Assembly (NCBI RefSeq): GCF_963921235.1
Contig: NC_086107.1
Span: forward strand, 46,686,001 to 46,750,000
DNA length: 64,000 nt
Direction of reading: 5' to 3'
DNA from: Mobula hypostoma
Taxonomy: Eukaryota
The notes under the pieces: generated by a model
What the model was told of the DNA's origin: nothing
Seen by the model: the letters and a program-made list of their open reading frames with translations, nothing else
Database searches by the model: none
Shown here: positions 51,109-64,000 of the stretch, piece after piece
Numbering within the stretch: position 1 is the stretch's first letter
Layout of the letters: each line of letters begins with the position of its first letter
Program-made: the position numbers and the translations under genes

Positions 51109-52503
51109 GTGAGTAAATGTTTTATTTATTAACACTTTTTATTTTGCAATATTCCAATAGCCATTAGAGAACATAAATGGATACATGCAGGAGCTTTTGT
51201 TAAATTATTGTTGGTGGTATGGATAACCTATCAGGTTCATTCCGATATAGGTTCTAGTTTCAGCTTCATGGCTGGTCAAACTGGAAAAGCTAACTTTGGA
51301 CAGTTTAACATTGGCCACTTGTTACAGGATCAGAAAATGATCTTTTCACTCAAAGTTTTTACTTTCACAACTTGAAATCTAGTCAGATATCTCAGTGAGT
51401 TTTTTTTTGAAGAAAGCAGAAATGTATTTGGATAAGGATGCAATCTTTGAGGGTCAAAATCCAATCCCGGGCAGGCTGCTCAGTTGTTGGCTAGAATAAG
51501 TTTGATAATTTGATGTTACTATAGAGACAAAGTTGGAAAAGGTATATGAGGGATTTAACTCTTCAACCTTTAAAGCCATGCAATTTTAAAAATCACAATT
51601 ACAGAATAAAGTAAAACTTCTACATGGTAGAATTGGGGCAATCAGCCCAGTGGCCCTTTGCCATTGGTAACATACCATGTGAGCATCCACACAGACACAC
51701 TACCACTAAATCTAAAATACTATATCCTTACATTTCTTTTTTATCGAGCTGATCTTTAACCCTATGGATCTATCAGGTTGTTAGAGTGGCTTATAAGTCT
51801 ATTGACCATAAATGCAACTTTTGTTCTGATTTGTATCCAGTTTCAATAAGACCATGTGAGTTGGGTGAAGACTTGTTTGCTTCTTGAATCTTCCGTGCTG
51901 GCTTTATTTATAACTTCCCTGTCTGAAGGTGCATAGTTTTAGGAGTGGATTTCTTTTCTGTGTGATTAGGGAAAGTCATATGATGAACAGTTGGTCCACT
52001 ACCTGTATAGAGTGGTATAGTGCATAATAATGGTAATCTGCAATGTGGTAAAATGTTATTGCTTCAAAAACACATTGGTTTGTTTGATACAAATTTTGAA
52101 AGTCTTTAGTTTGCAAAATTTCAGTAACCTTTGCAGAACACAAATTAGTTAACTTTGTTAATTTAATTACTGTTATTGGAATGCGTAACCTATTAGATTG
52201 ATGCACAGATGCATACTAAGTTCTGGATTCACTGCTGGCAAAACTGGAGGAAGAATGCTCAGTTTTCTTTGTTGGTTTTATCAAACATGAAATATGTTTG
52301 GAATGTGGTTCTGCTGAGAGAATTTAAGAAGTTAGATTTAGATGTATATCTATCGGTATTATATACTTGAGCTGAGTTCTCTATATTATCCTTGATCAAT
52401 TTGATACAGGTACAAGCAAATAACATATTAAATCTATGATTTAAGTTGTATGGGCAGCAAGGGCCTTGATTCATAGGATTTAGCATTCTTTTGAGATTGT
52501 TCT

Positions 52504-55500
52504 TCTAATCAATTGAAATCTAATTATGTTAAATCTCAAATCAATCAGATTTATAACCAAAATGATCGATTGATATTGGATCATGTGGGGATTAATCAAA
52601 CCTTTTGTGATTTTTATTCTTCTTTATATCAATCAGAGTCTCCTCGAGATTCTAAATATATGAATGATTTTTTAGATAAGTTAGACTTTCCTCAGATTTC
52701 ACAGGATATGTCTTCTTTATTAGATACTTCCATTACAATGGATGAGATTAAGAATGTTATTTTTTCTATGAATCTGGGGAAAGCTCCTGGCCCTGATGGG
52801 TTTACCGTTGAATTTTATAAATGTTTTGCTTCTTTATTGATTCCTTGGCTCTATAAGGTTTTTGAGGCTTCTTTGAAACTTGGTAAACTTCCGGAATCTT
52901 TTAATAGAGCATCAATTTCTTTAATACTAAAGAAGGATAAAGACCCTGCTCAATGTGCATCTTATAGACCAATATCTTTATTAAATGTTGATTCTAAAGT
53001 TTTTTCTAAGTTATTAGCAAATAGACTAGAAAAAGTACTTCCTTCTATTATTTCGGAAGACCAAACGGGTTTTATTAAAGGTCGTTACTCTTTTTATAAT
53101 ATTCGTACATTGTTAAATATCGTTTATACTCCCTCACAAAATGTTCCTGAGTGTGTTATTTCTTTAGATGCCGAGAAAGCTTTTGATAGAGTAGAATGGC
53201 CTTATTTATTTAAGGTGCTTGAAATGTTTAATTTTAGCCTGAAATTTATATCCTGGATTAAACTGTTATATCACTCCCCTGTAGCCTCGGTTCGTACTAA
53301 CTCTTTAAACTCACCTTTTTTTCCTCTCTTTCGTGGTACTCGACAAGGCTGTCCTCTTAGTCCCCTATTATTTGATATTGCATTAGAACCTCTTGCAATT
53401 GCTATTCGAGAATCTTCAAATATTACTGGGATAACTCGGGGATTAAAGTCCCATAAATTATCACTCTATGCTGATGATTTACTTTTATATATTTCTAATC
53501 CTGAGAGATCTATTCCTGCTGTTTTAGAGTTATTAGCACAATTTGGTCTTTTCTCAGGTTATAAATTAAATCTTAGTAAGAGTGAACTTTTTCCGATTAA
53601 TAAACATCTTCCCTTATATTATAAATTTCCATTTAAATTGATTAATAATTACCTTTCATATCTTGGGATTAAAATTACTTGTAAACATAAAGATTTATTT
53701 AAGACTAACTTTTTACCATTAATAGACCATATTGCTCAACTTTCATGTAAATGGTTTCCTTTATATTTAACTTTGATTGGTCGTATTAATGCAGTTAAGA
53801 TGTTTTTTTTGCCAAAATTTTTATATGTGTTTCAGGCATTACCAATTTTCGTTCCTAAATCTTTTTTTGATAAAGTCGACTCTAAAATTTCTTCATTTAT
53901 TTGGCAGAATAAGAATCCGAGACTGGGTAAAATACATTTACAGAAAGCTAAGAGAGATGGAGGTTTAGCATTACCTAACTTTAGATTTTATTATTGGGCT
54001 ATTAATATTCGACATATGAAATTTTGGTTACTTGACCGGGATATACTATCTATTCCTAAATGGGTAGCATTGGAATTACAATCTGTTCAGGGTTATACAC
54101 TTGGTTCTATTTTAGGTTCATCTCTTCCTTTTGATTCGAAACGCCTTAAGCAGGTCTCTAACCCGATCGTTAAATATGCTTTGCGTATTTGGTTTCAATT
54201 CAGAAAATTTTTTGATCTTAATCAATTCGGGTTAGCGATTCCTATTTTAGGTAACATATTTTTTCCTCCCTCTTTTACGGATCGCGCTTTTCAAACTTGG
54301 AAGGCTAAGGGTATTTTACGGTTTTTGGATTTATTTTTAGATGGTTCCCTTATGTCTTTTGAACAATTATCTAATAAATATAACCTATCAAGAATACATT
54401 TTTTTAGATATTTACAAGTTAGAAATTTTCTAAGTACTATACTTCCTTCCTTTCCAATGCTTCCTCCTATATATATTTTAGATTCGATAATTAACCTTAA
54501 TCCATGTCAGAAAGGTGCATCGGCTATGATTTATAATATTATTATGAAACTCAGGAAAGCTCCATTTGATAAGATTAGGGTAGATTGGGAACAGGAATTG
54601 GGGCTTACCATTTCTGTGGATGATTGGGGGCAGATTTTACAATTAGTTAATACTTCCTCTATTTGTGCTAAACATTCCCTAATTCAATTTAAAGTGGTGC
54701 ATAGAGCACATATGTCCAAAGATAAGTTAGCGCGTTTTTACTCGCATATTAATCCTTTCTGTGATAGATGCTCGGGGCAGATAGCCTCTTTAACTCATAT
54801 GTTTTGGTCTTGCCCTACTTTGGAAACTTTTTGGAGAGATATTTTCAATATTATTTCTAAGGTATTAAATATAGATATCTCTCCTCACCCTATTACTGCT
54901 ATCTTTGGACTACCTAAAATTTCTAGTAATCTTTCCCCTTCAGCCCGTAGAATGATTGCATTTCTTACTTTAATGGCGAAAAGATGTATTTTACAACATT
55001 GGAAAGAGCTTAATGCTCCAACTACCTTTTTTTGGTTTTCTCAGACGATTTTATGTTTGAATCTGGAGAAAATTAGAAGTAACCTTTATGATTCTTCATT
55101 TAAATTTGAACAGATTTGGGGACCTTTTATTCGATATTTTCATTTAATGTAATATTTACCCTTCTTGTTTTTTTTTCACTGTTTTAATGGAGGTCGGGAT
55201 TGAGGACGTGATTTTAAGTTTAACTCTGTTTGGTTTCAAGTTAGCCCATTGCTTTGCTTTGCTTTTAGTTAGTTGCACGGTGGGTTTTTTTTTTGGGGTT
55301 TTTTTTTTCTTTTTTTCCATTGATATATATAAAATCTAGTATACTATTATGTTATCTTGGTTTCTTATGCTTAAATTACATTGTTTGTAGTATTTTCTTT
55401 TTGGTATTGTTATCTTTTGGAATTTTATTATACTTTAACATTGTATTAATGTTTATATGGCTTACCTTTTTTGTATACTTATTCAATAAAAAGATTAAAA

Positions 55501-55505
55501 AAAAA
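52504..55505 (+). mobile_element. young 5'-truncated L1 with intact 879-aa ORF2 remainder
   Basis: ORF 52513-55152 (KAPGPDG, LDAEKAFD, QGCPLSP, YADD, CDRC...HMFWSC). AATAAA and poly(A) at about 55487-55505. 11-bp TSD GAGATTGTTCT at 52493-52503 and 55506-55516. Confidence 0.96.
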
Positions 55506-56447
55506 GAGATTGTTCTGTTGAGACATGGTACACTTAAATTGAGTGAGCAAGCACTCTACTGACAAATGGAATATATTTATTCTAATTAAAAGAGGAAGTG
55601 GGGAAAGGAAATATTTAGCACTGGGAGAAAATTCAAGTCTGTAGAGCAGAGTGAAAGTGTACGGAGTGGTATACAAAGGGACAAGGAGATTGTCGGAAGT
55701 TATTAGAGTTTTTTAAACAGATCAGAGATAAAAAAGCTAAGCTTTGTGATTGAGACATTGATCAGGGCAAAATATGAGAAGAGAGTTTGGATTGATGTGG
55801 ACTGAGAAACTACACTGCCACCTTGCTTTATGAGTCAATACATTCTCAAAAATGAGACTGCGAGTAGAATAATTATAGTTAAAATGGGTTATTATAGGAA
55901 TGTATATGGATGTGTTATTGGCAGCTCCATTCTGTTGGGGACACAGAGAAAACCCCTGCACCCACCCTTCACGTACCCAATTTCTGCTGTGCTTGAAATC
56001 TCTTTGAGAAACTAGACTTTTGCAGCAGCATTAAAATAGTTGAAATGGTCTCATAGCTACCTGGAAAGAGACACCAAGGGAATGTGCAGCAGCTATATGA
56101 TTGTCTAGCACTGAATTATGTGGCTTAAGTTGCATTCTGAATGTTATGGTCAGTAAGAGACATTGCTGGGGAGAACGGGCAGCGGCTCTATGTGATATCA
56201 TTCTGCATTCTACATCTTCTGATGGATGTGATGGAGCTGCCATGTTTCCTATCTCTTGTCTGGCTACAGACTCATCTCAGCCCAAAGGTTTCACAGTAAC
56301 GCAAGTCCAATACTTTTCCATGCTGAAGTGTTAATCTTGGTAGCTCAAATTGAAGATAATTGTAACTGTTTTCTTGCATAACTTTGTTTGGGTTATTTAA
56401 GTGGTTGTAAAACCACTTCACTTAACAATTTATCTTGATATTTACAG

Positions 56448-56771
56448 TATCTTCTCCATTAATGGACAACATGACAGATGAACCACAATACCCAGAGCCA
56501 GGAAACGAAGCAACATTCCTATGCGTTGCTTAACACTTCTTTCCAGAGAATGTCATGTTTATGTGGTTCAAAAATGATAAGAGGATTGATGATAATGAAA
56601 TAATTTCTACCACCCCAGAGATAGATAAAAATACCGGCTTCTTCTGCAGTGAGAGTCGATAGAAATGGATAATTTCAGTAGAAGATCGTCAAATTGATTT
56701 CAAAGTTGAGGCTCATCATTTTCCACCTTCTCATAGACCTACAAGGATTTCTCACACATTGCGCCTTGGAG
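56448..56771 (+). pseudogene. C1-like Ig exon with two in-frame stops
   Basis: tttacag|TA...GGA G|gtatga, 324 nt, phase 1/1. ATFLCVA*HFFPENVMFMWFKND...ESR*KW. Stops at 56531 (TAA) and 56660 (TAG). Confidence 0.85.
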
Positions 56772-59700
56772 GTATGAATTCAATGTATTCTTAATTTCCG
56801 CACTTATACTATTTTAGGGAGCTACATATTTCTATGGCTATTAACATGTCAAAATTTCACACATTTAATACCACAAAATTGTTACACTGAAATGTGTGTG
56901 TTTTTTTTAAAGACTGCAAATACACATATAGTAAATCATGCAATACAAACTTTATGGTAAAATTCCCTACTTGTCAGTCAAATTTTGGGAAAGAATTTGC
57001 ATTTAAGCTATTAGAAATTAGAATTATTAAAATATTTCTGTAATTGAGTAAAACAAAAGAGAGATGCCCAGATCCAACTGACTGTTTGCTGTTTTGTTTG
57101 GAAATAACAACATTCAGTGCACATTGTAAAAATGGAAGGTGAAGAGTCACTGGCTGATTTGAAGACCACAAGTTTAGCCAGCTGCTGCACACGCCTTAGA
57201 ATTACTAATGCGGCCCAGTATGATACCCTGCAGTTATTCTGGGGATTTGATTTGTTCTTTCACTGCACTCCAAATGGAATCCAGTGATGTAACTTAGAGG
57301 TTACATGGATTCCTTGGCATCTTTCTGGGAAATTGCTTCACCTTATTGCTGGATTCCTGTGGTGGAACTCAGTGTTGCTAGGGCTCCCTGGTGCTATTTT
57401 GGGGAATAGTTTGCTGCATCACTGATCTCTCCATGGAGTTTGAATAGAGACTCAAGCCACTGCTTCAGATTCACTAGCATTATTATAGGGGATTGCCACT
57501 TGAATCCTGTGTCAGATCCAACCTGCTTCAGCATCTGAGATCACATTCTTTTTAATATGGGTTAAAGAGCAGGCAAGGAACTTCTATCAATTATTTCGTT
57601 TTGATGTTACTGATTGGCATCCATCTGTCTTGAAGGACAAAGAGTGATGATGACCGTCATCACAAGCCTGGGCAGAAGATGTGGAGATCCTGAGATGCCC
57701 AGTCATCAAGATCCCTCTCTTGGCCTCACCAGTGTAGTCCAAAGGAACGCTGATGAAACAATACATTTTGCACAAGTATGGCTGCAGGAGCTGCCAGAAG
57801 AATGTTCAATATCGTCCAGCCACCTTAAGGGCTCCACTCCGGATTTGCTGTCTGGGTTTACTCCCGCAGCCTTTGTCTCTCCTGAGGCCGCCCACAAGAT
57901 ATTGGGGTTATTTACCTATAGCTGGGGATCTGGTTCACGAGCACCAAGGCGTGTCTATATGCTGCTGGGCCTCCGTGCTATGTGTGCAGGGACCAGACTT
58001 CCTCCCCATCCTCTGTAGTTCAGCCTGAGTCCAAAAGCAGTTCAGTTTCCATGTGTTTGCAATGAGGAGGCACTGCTTGGGGCTTGCTGTTGGAGAGGCC
58101 ATGTACTGGCAGGGAGAGATTTACACATTTGGGTGTCCTTTTCGTGAGACTGCGAGCCAGTGGTGGAAGCTGAGAGTGAGAGTGACAAACACTACCACAC
58201 TAGATGCATTACTACAACTATTTTGACACTATTATTAATTATTATCCATTTAAAGCTTTAAACTGTTTTATGTTAATATTCTTGATGCTGTATTATTAAA
58301 TTTTTAATTAACTTTGGGTGTTAGAAACATTAAAAAGTTTAAGAAATTTTATGCTTTTACTGCCTGTAAAAATTCTGCCTCGATTTGTGCCCATTGTAGT
58401 TGGTTGGGGTTGCTTTAGGTTTGGAACCTGGTACAGTTACCGTTACTGCTGGACTATTGGATGTGGAGGTAGATTGGCCTTCTACATCTCGATAAAATAA
58501 ACAAATGTGTGGGACAAGTTCAAACCATGATTCTGGGTATGAAGAATTCTCTGCAATATCTGGCCCTTTTATATTATACAAAGAATATTACACAGTGATA
58601 AAAATAAGTTGCATCAATGAGGTGAACTGAATTTTGTCATGTGACAATACGTTAGATGTTTCAGCTATCTAACCCAAGTTGAATCTCAATATTGAATTGT
58701 CCAGCTCTAGTTAGCACACACAAAATGGTGGAGGAACTCAGCTGGACTATTGGATGTACAATATAAAAGGGCCAGATGTAGAAGGCCAATCTACCTCCAC
58801 ATCCAATAGGCCAGGCAGCGTCTATGGAAAAGAGAAAGCAGTCAATGTTTCAGGACATCAGAACTGGTAAAAAGATGAGAAGTCAGAGCAAGAAGGTAGG
58901 GGGAGAGGAGGAGAGGAAGAAGTACAAGGTGATAGGTGAAACTGGGAATGGGGGGGTAAAGTAAAGAGTTGGGAAGTTGATTGATAAAAATGATAAAAGG
59001 CTGGAGAAGGGGGAATCTGATAGATAGTGGAAGACCATGGAAGAAAGGGAAAGGGGAGGAGCACAGAGGGAGATGATGGACAGGTAAAGAGACGAGGTGA
59101 AAGAGGGAAACGGGATTGGGGAATGGTGAAGGGGGACAATTAACATAACTTCGAGAAATCAATTTTCATGCCATCAGGTTGGAGGCTACCCAGACTGAAT
59201 ATAAAATGTTGCTCCTCCAACCTGAGTGTGATCTCATTCTGGCAGTAGAGGAGGCCATGGTCTGACATGTAGGTATGGGAATGGGAAGTAAAATTGAAAT
59301 GGTTGGCCACCAACTTTTGTTAACTTGTTTTTTCTTTCTGTTTGTATCAGGACTTGCCATTTGTAATTTCAATACTGCTTCATCCTCTCACCCACTCCTT
59401 TCCTTTCTTTCATTTTCTTTTCTGGCCTGCTCAGCATGAAAGCCAGGTGAATCAACAGGACCAAGACTGCAAAATGTTAGCAATGTGTTACACATATATT
59501 CATTCAATAGTAATAACATTACACCCCGTTTGTTCCACCCATTGTCCTTCCTCATCTCCTCTGCTGTTTAAACTAATGTCCACTTTGTTTACTTCTTCGT
59601 TCTGTTGAAGGGTTGTCCATCTGCAGCGTTAACCATTTTCTCTTTCCGCACATGCTGCTTGACAACTGAGTTCTTCCTGCAGTTCCATTCTTTTTTCAGA

Positions 59701-60088
59701 TTCCAACATTTGCATTTTTATTTGCTTTCCAAATATTTCTTTGGTAAGTGGGAGCCATTTCTTGATTACCAGCTAATTAAGTAAGTACAATGTAGTAAGA
59801 CTAAAACACATAGAAAAACTGTTTTGAAGTGTTTTTAAATATTGTAAGTAGCTCAGTTTTAAATTTAATCACTTCTTTTGGGAACTTCAGATTAACAGCC
59901 CAAAAGTGTACCTAAATCAGAATATAATAGTGTTTTTCCTTCCCTGGAATTCTGGTAATTTTATTCTTCAATAAAATTTCATCTGATTACAATAGTATTT
60001 GTATGGGAGAAGGCAGGGTTGCTTAAATGAACTCTATAATATAGAGCAAAAGCAGTAAGTAAACGGTGTCTGCTTTTTCTTCAAATAG

Positions 60089-60400
60089 GAATTCCAAAGC
60101 TTTCTGATGTCATTCTCAAGCCAGAAAATCCATTATATGGCCAGCCTCTTGTTCTTAAATGTAATGTAACCAGTTTTTCTCACAATGAAATTTCCACCCA
60201 ATGGCTAATGGATGAGGAACCCTTCTTAAAAGGAGTAAAAAGTTCAAGCCCCGTAATGGAAAAGGATGGATCTTATCATTCGTGCTCCTGTCTGCAGTTT
60301 ATACCAACAGCATTGCATTATAATAAGAATTTTGCCATTGTGATGAAAAATGGACTTTCATCTGATGGTATTAAAATGCAGTTTTGTTTATCGCTTCCAG
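60089..60400 (+). CDS. intact C1-like Ig exon lacking the F-strand Cys
   Basis: caaatag|GA ATT CCA AAG...CCA G|gtgcgt, 312 nt, open. GIPKLSDVILKPENPLYGQPLVLKCNVTSFSHNEISTQWLMD...KDGSYHSCSCLQFIPT. Confidence 0.78.
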
Positions 60401-60529
60401 GTGCGTTAAACTGGTGCAAAACCCTATACGTTTATTAATTTTGTTAGCAAGAACTGAATTTATCAGAGTAAAAAAAAACCAACTGCTAATTGTTTTTGAA
60501 TAACATAATTTGTTTTCATATATTTGTTT

Positions 60530-61330
60530 CCAGCATGGGCCCAGGTGAGTTTATAAACCTTTACTTGAGTAAAAGTATTAAACGCAGAAAAGAAAGGACT
60601 TTGAATTGAAGTACAATTGAGTCCAGTTAATTGGGACACATCAGACCTGTACATTTTGGCCCAATTAAGTGGCTGCCCAATTAGCCTAAGTTTCACGGAA
60701 ATAGTTAAAAAGATGTAAAAGAGACAAACTGCCATTTAACTGAATAACAAATTATGTATTCAAATGAAATACAGAACAAATTAGAACACTATCAATAAAC
60801 TATAAAACTGTATTAGTTCCTAATAGTTTGTCCAGTGTACATTGCTGCTTCTTTTGATTGATTATAAATGAACAATATCAGTGCAGACAATGGGCTGCCT
60901 TCATTCAATGCTACTGATGACTGCATCCACCAAATCTTCATTTTCATTGTAAGATTGTCAATACCTTCAAACTCTTTTTCATTCTTAATTTGGTTAAGTG
61001 GCGTAATCATTTCATTTTCACTCCTAGCTGTTCCTAGTATCTCCAAGCCTGAATACTCGAAACCACAGCAAGCAAAGCGGTTCTGAATCGTCTTACTGCT
61101 TGTTTCTCACCAATGATCAGTGACAAAAATCAGTGCTCTATAAACACAAGCACATTCAACTGATGCTCCTTAAAAACAGCTCACTCCAAGCACAGTGTAA
61201 CTTCTAATGGTCACACAAGTGCATGCATTTGACGCCAGTTAGAAACTTCCACAACATTCTCCTGCCCCAAATAAGTGGCGTAGTGCCCCCGAATAAAGGA
61301 AGAAGTTCCTGGCTTTTTTCTTGATGAGTT
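60530..61330 (-). mobile_element. degenerate Tigger/pogo-like DNA transposon remnant
   Basis: An acidic C-terminal-like remnant (ORF 60813-61046) and subterminal palindromic motifs (aattgggacaca...ccaattaag). Family assignment tentative. Confidence 0.45.
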
Positions 61331-61369
61331 TTGTTCTTTGAAAGTGTCCAAAATAGTGGGAAGATTTGC

Positions 61370-63065
61370 AAATGTTGCACAGGGGGGTGGGGGCATGGTT
61401 TAAACTAGAGTTGCAGGGTGCACAGAACAGTTCGTGGAGTGGTTATGAAGAAAAATGTAAATCATATATAACCATATAACAATTACAGCATGGAAACATG
61501 CCTTCTCGGCCCTTCTAGTCCGTGCCAAAAGCCTACTCTCACCTAGTCCCACCGACCTGCACTCAGCCCATAACCTTCCATTCCTTCCCAATTTTACGTT
61601 AAATGACAATATCAAGCCTGCCTCTACCACTTTTACTGGAAGCTCGTTCCACACAGCTACCACTCTCTGAGTAAAGAAGTTCCCCCTCATGTTACCCCTA
61701 AACCTTTGCCCCCTAACTCTCAACTCATGTCCTCTTGTTTGAATCTCCCCTACTCTCAATGGAAAAAGCCTATCCACGTCAACTCTATCTAACCCCCTTA
61801 TAATTCTAAATACGTCTATCAAATCCCCCCTCAACCTTCTATGCTCCAGAGAATAAAGACCCAACTTGTTCAACCTTTCTCTCTAACTTAGGTGCTGAAA
61901 CCCAGGTAACATTCTAGTAAATCTTCTCTATACTCTCTCCAGTTTGTTGAGATCTTTCCTATAATTTGGTGACCAGAACTGTACACAGTACTCCAAATTT
62001 GGCCTTACCAATGCCTTGTACAATTTTAACATTACATCCCAATACCTATACTCAATGCTCTGATTTATAAAGGCCAGCATACCAAAAGCTTTCTTCACTA
62101 CCCTATCCACATGAGATTCCATCTTCAGGAAACTATGCACCATTATTCCTAGATCCCTCTGTTCTACTGCATTCTTCAATGCCCTACCATTTACCATGTC
62201 TGTCCTATTTTGATTAGTCCTACCAAATTGTAGCACCTCACACTTATCAGTATTAAACTCCATTTGCCATCTTTCAGCCCAGTCTTCTAACTGGCCTAAA
62301 TCTCTCTGCAAGCTTTGAAAGCCTACTTCATTATCCACACCACCACCTATCTTAGTATCATCTGCATATTTACTAATCCAATTTACCACCCCATCAGTCA
62401 CCGGCCTTCAACCTGACAAACAGTTATCCACCACTACTCTCTGGCGTCTCCCATCCAGCTACTGTTGAATCCATTTTACTACTTCAATATTAATACCTAA
62501 TGATTGAACCTTCTTAACTAACTTTCCCTGTGGAACCTTGTCAAAGGCCTTACTGGTCCATATAGACAACATCCACCGCTTTACCTTCATCAACTTTCCT
62601 AGTAACCTCTTCAAAAAATTCAATAAGATTTGTCAAACTTGACCTTCCACGCACAAATCCATGTTGACTATTCCTCATCAGACCCTGACTATCCAGATAA
62701 TTATACATACCATCCCCAAGAATACTTTTCATTAATTTACCCACCACTGACGTCAAACTTACAGGCAGATAATTGCTAGGTTTACTCTTAGAACCCTTTT
62801 TAAACAATGGAACAACATGAGCAAGATGCCAATCCTCCGGCACCATTTCCGTTTCTAATGACATTTGAAATATTTCTGTCAGAGCCCCTGCTATTTCTAC
62901 ACCAACTTCCCTCAAGGTCCTAGGGAATATCCTTTCAGGACCCGGAGACTTATCCACTTTTATACTCCTTAAAAGCGCCAATACTTCCTCTTCTTTAATC
63001 ATCATAGTTTCCATAACTTCCCTACCTGTTTCCCTTACCTTACACAATTCAATATCCTTCTCCTA
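61370..63065 (-). mobile_element. CR1 LINE fragment with frameshifts
   Basis: ORFs 62550-63047 (DKSPGPERIFP, QHGFVRGRS), 61928-62401 (KYADDTKIG, RPNLEYCVQFW) and 61400-61873 (RLRGDLI). Confidence 0.92.
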
Positions 63066-63068
63066 GTG

Positions 63069-64000
63069 CAGGGGACCCAACCCTTTTTGCACCGCGGACC
63101 GGTTTAATATTGACAATATTCTTGCGGACCCGCTGACGTGGGGGGAGGCCGTGTTAATCACGACCAGAATATAGGTGATAAGTCAACTATAAGTCACTTA
63201 TCAATGGTTAATACACTCAATTTCATTTCTAAAAGGGTTTACCTAGCGAATTTAATATTAAACACACAGCATATTTTCCATGCATGAATATAGTGATAAG
63301 TCAATTATAAGGGGGTTCCTTATGTCCAGTCTATTCTGCAATTTAGTTTTCATTGCATTCATTGCAGAAAACTCCGCTTCGCAGAGATATGATGTTGGAA
63401 ATGGAAGCAATGTTTTCAGTGCTTTCGTGGCTATCTCAGTATATTCAGCCTTGACTTTGATCCAGAATGCCGGCAGAGATGTTATGTCAAACATACTTTT
63501 CAGCCGACTATCATTTGCAAGCTCGAAGAGTTGATCTTCTTCCGGCGCTGACATGGATGATTCACCGGGGACATTCACAAATGGGTCATAGACCCATTCC
63601 TTTTCACGTCTTGAGTCATTTGCAGTTGGGAAGTAACACTCGAATTCTGTTGACAGCAAAGATAGATGATCGCGCACCAGCTGTGAGAAGGACGGTGCAG
63701 CCTCAGCCTCTCCTAAAATCCCAGCTAATGTTGGGAACATGTCAAATATGCCCCTATCCACTCGCCAACCCCACAGTTCCAGTTTGGCTGTGAAAGCAGG
63801 CACTTTATCTGCCAACTTGAAGACAGTTTGTCATTCTCCCCTGAAGTGACAAATTGAGTTCATTGAGCAGGTTGAAGATGTCACACAGATAAGCGAGTTT
63901 TGCCATCCACTCCTCGTCACTGAAGTGTGCTGCCAGTGGTGACTTTTTTCCTGAAAGAAATCTCTGTAGCTGCTCTCTTAACTCAAAAATCCTGGGCCAG
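63069..64000 (-). mobile_element. hAT/Charlie DNA transposon (runs off window end)
   Basis: TIR-like CAGGGGACCCAACCC at 63069. ORF 63258-63815 has the hAT dimerisation motif LPFPTSYLCEAEFSAM...KTK. Confidence 0.9.

Noticed and set aside
55517-55545. ACA CTT AAA TTG A|gtgagc resembles the end of the 50155-51108 exon, suggesting the L1 hit another exon
   Set aside because: After removing the L1, the upstream frame hits TAG within about 16 codons and shows no C1 motifs.
58400-58468. Possible 69-nt phase-1/1 exon (VGWGCFRFGTWYSYRYCWTIGCG)
   Set aside because: Weak acceptor and donor (gtagat), no similarity to other exons; could be chance.

Overview
Eukaryotic, AT-rich, repeat-dense vertebrate DNA. 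The repeat content (CR1, Rex/Babar, fish-type L1, Tc1, Tigger, hAT-Charlie) suggests a cartilaginous fish, probably a ray; this is inference. The window holds one multi-exon + strand immunoglobulin-superfamily gene. It has a B7-H6/NCR3LG1-like V exon (6088-6429), a C1 exon (7742-8062) and a transmembrane exon (8887-8997). Unusually, the gene then continues after the TM with four open C1-like Ig exons (10747-13753). A ~20 kb tandemly duplicated block follows (about 14.9-35.1 kb), in which 45-nt phase-1/1 microexons stay intact while the co-duplicated C1 exons are dead. Next is a stop-terminated C1-like exon at 35386-35687 that the ORF track misses. Three more C1 exons lie downstream: one split by a Gypsy fragment (50155-51108), one with two stops (56448-56771) and one intact (60089-60400). 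No leader exon was found; it probably lies upstream of the window. The rest is transposon-derived: Tc1, nested Tigger, solo LTRs, a near full-length L1 (-), a young 5'-truncated L1 (+) with an 11-bp TSD, CR1, Rex, mariner, hAT and hairpin Penelope-like ends. All exon boundaries were read by eye from splice consensus and frame; there is no transcript evidence.
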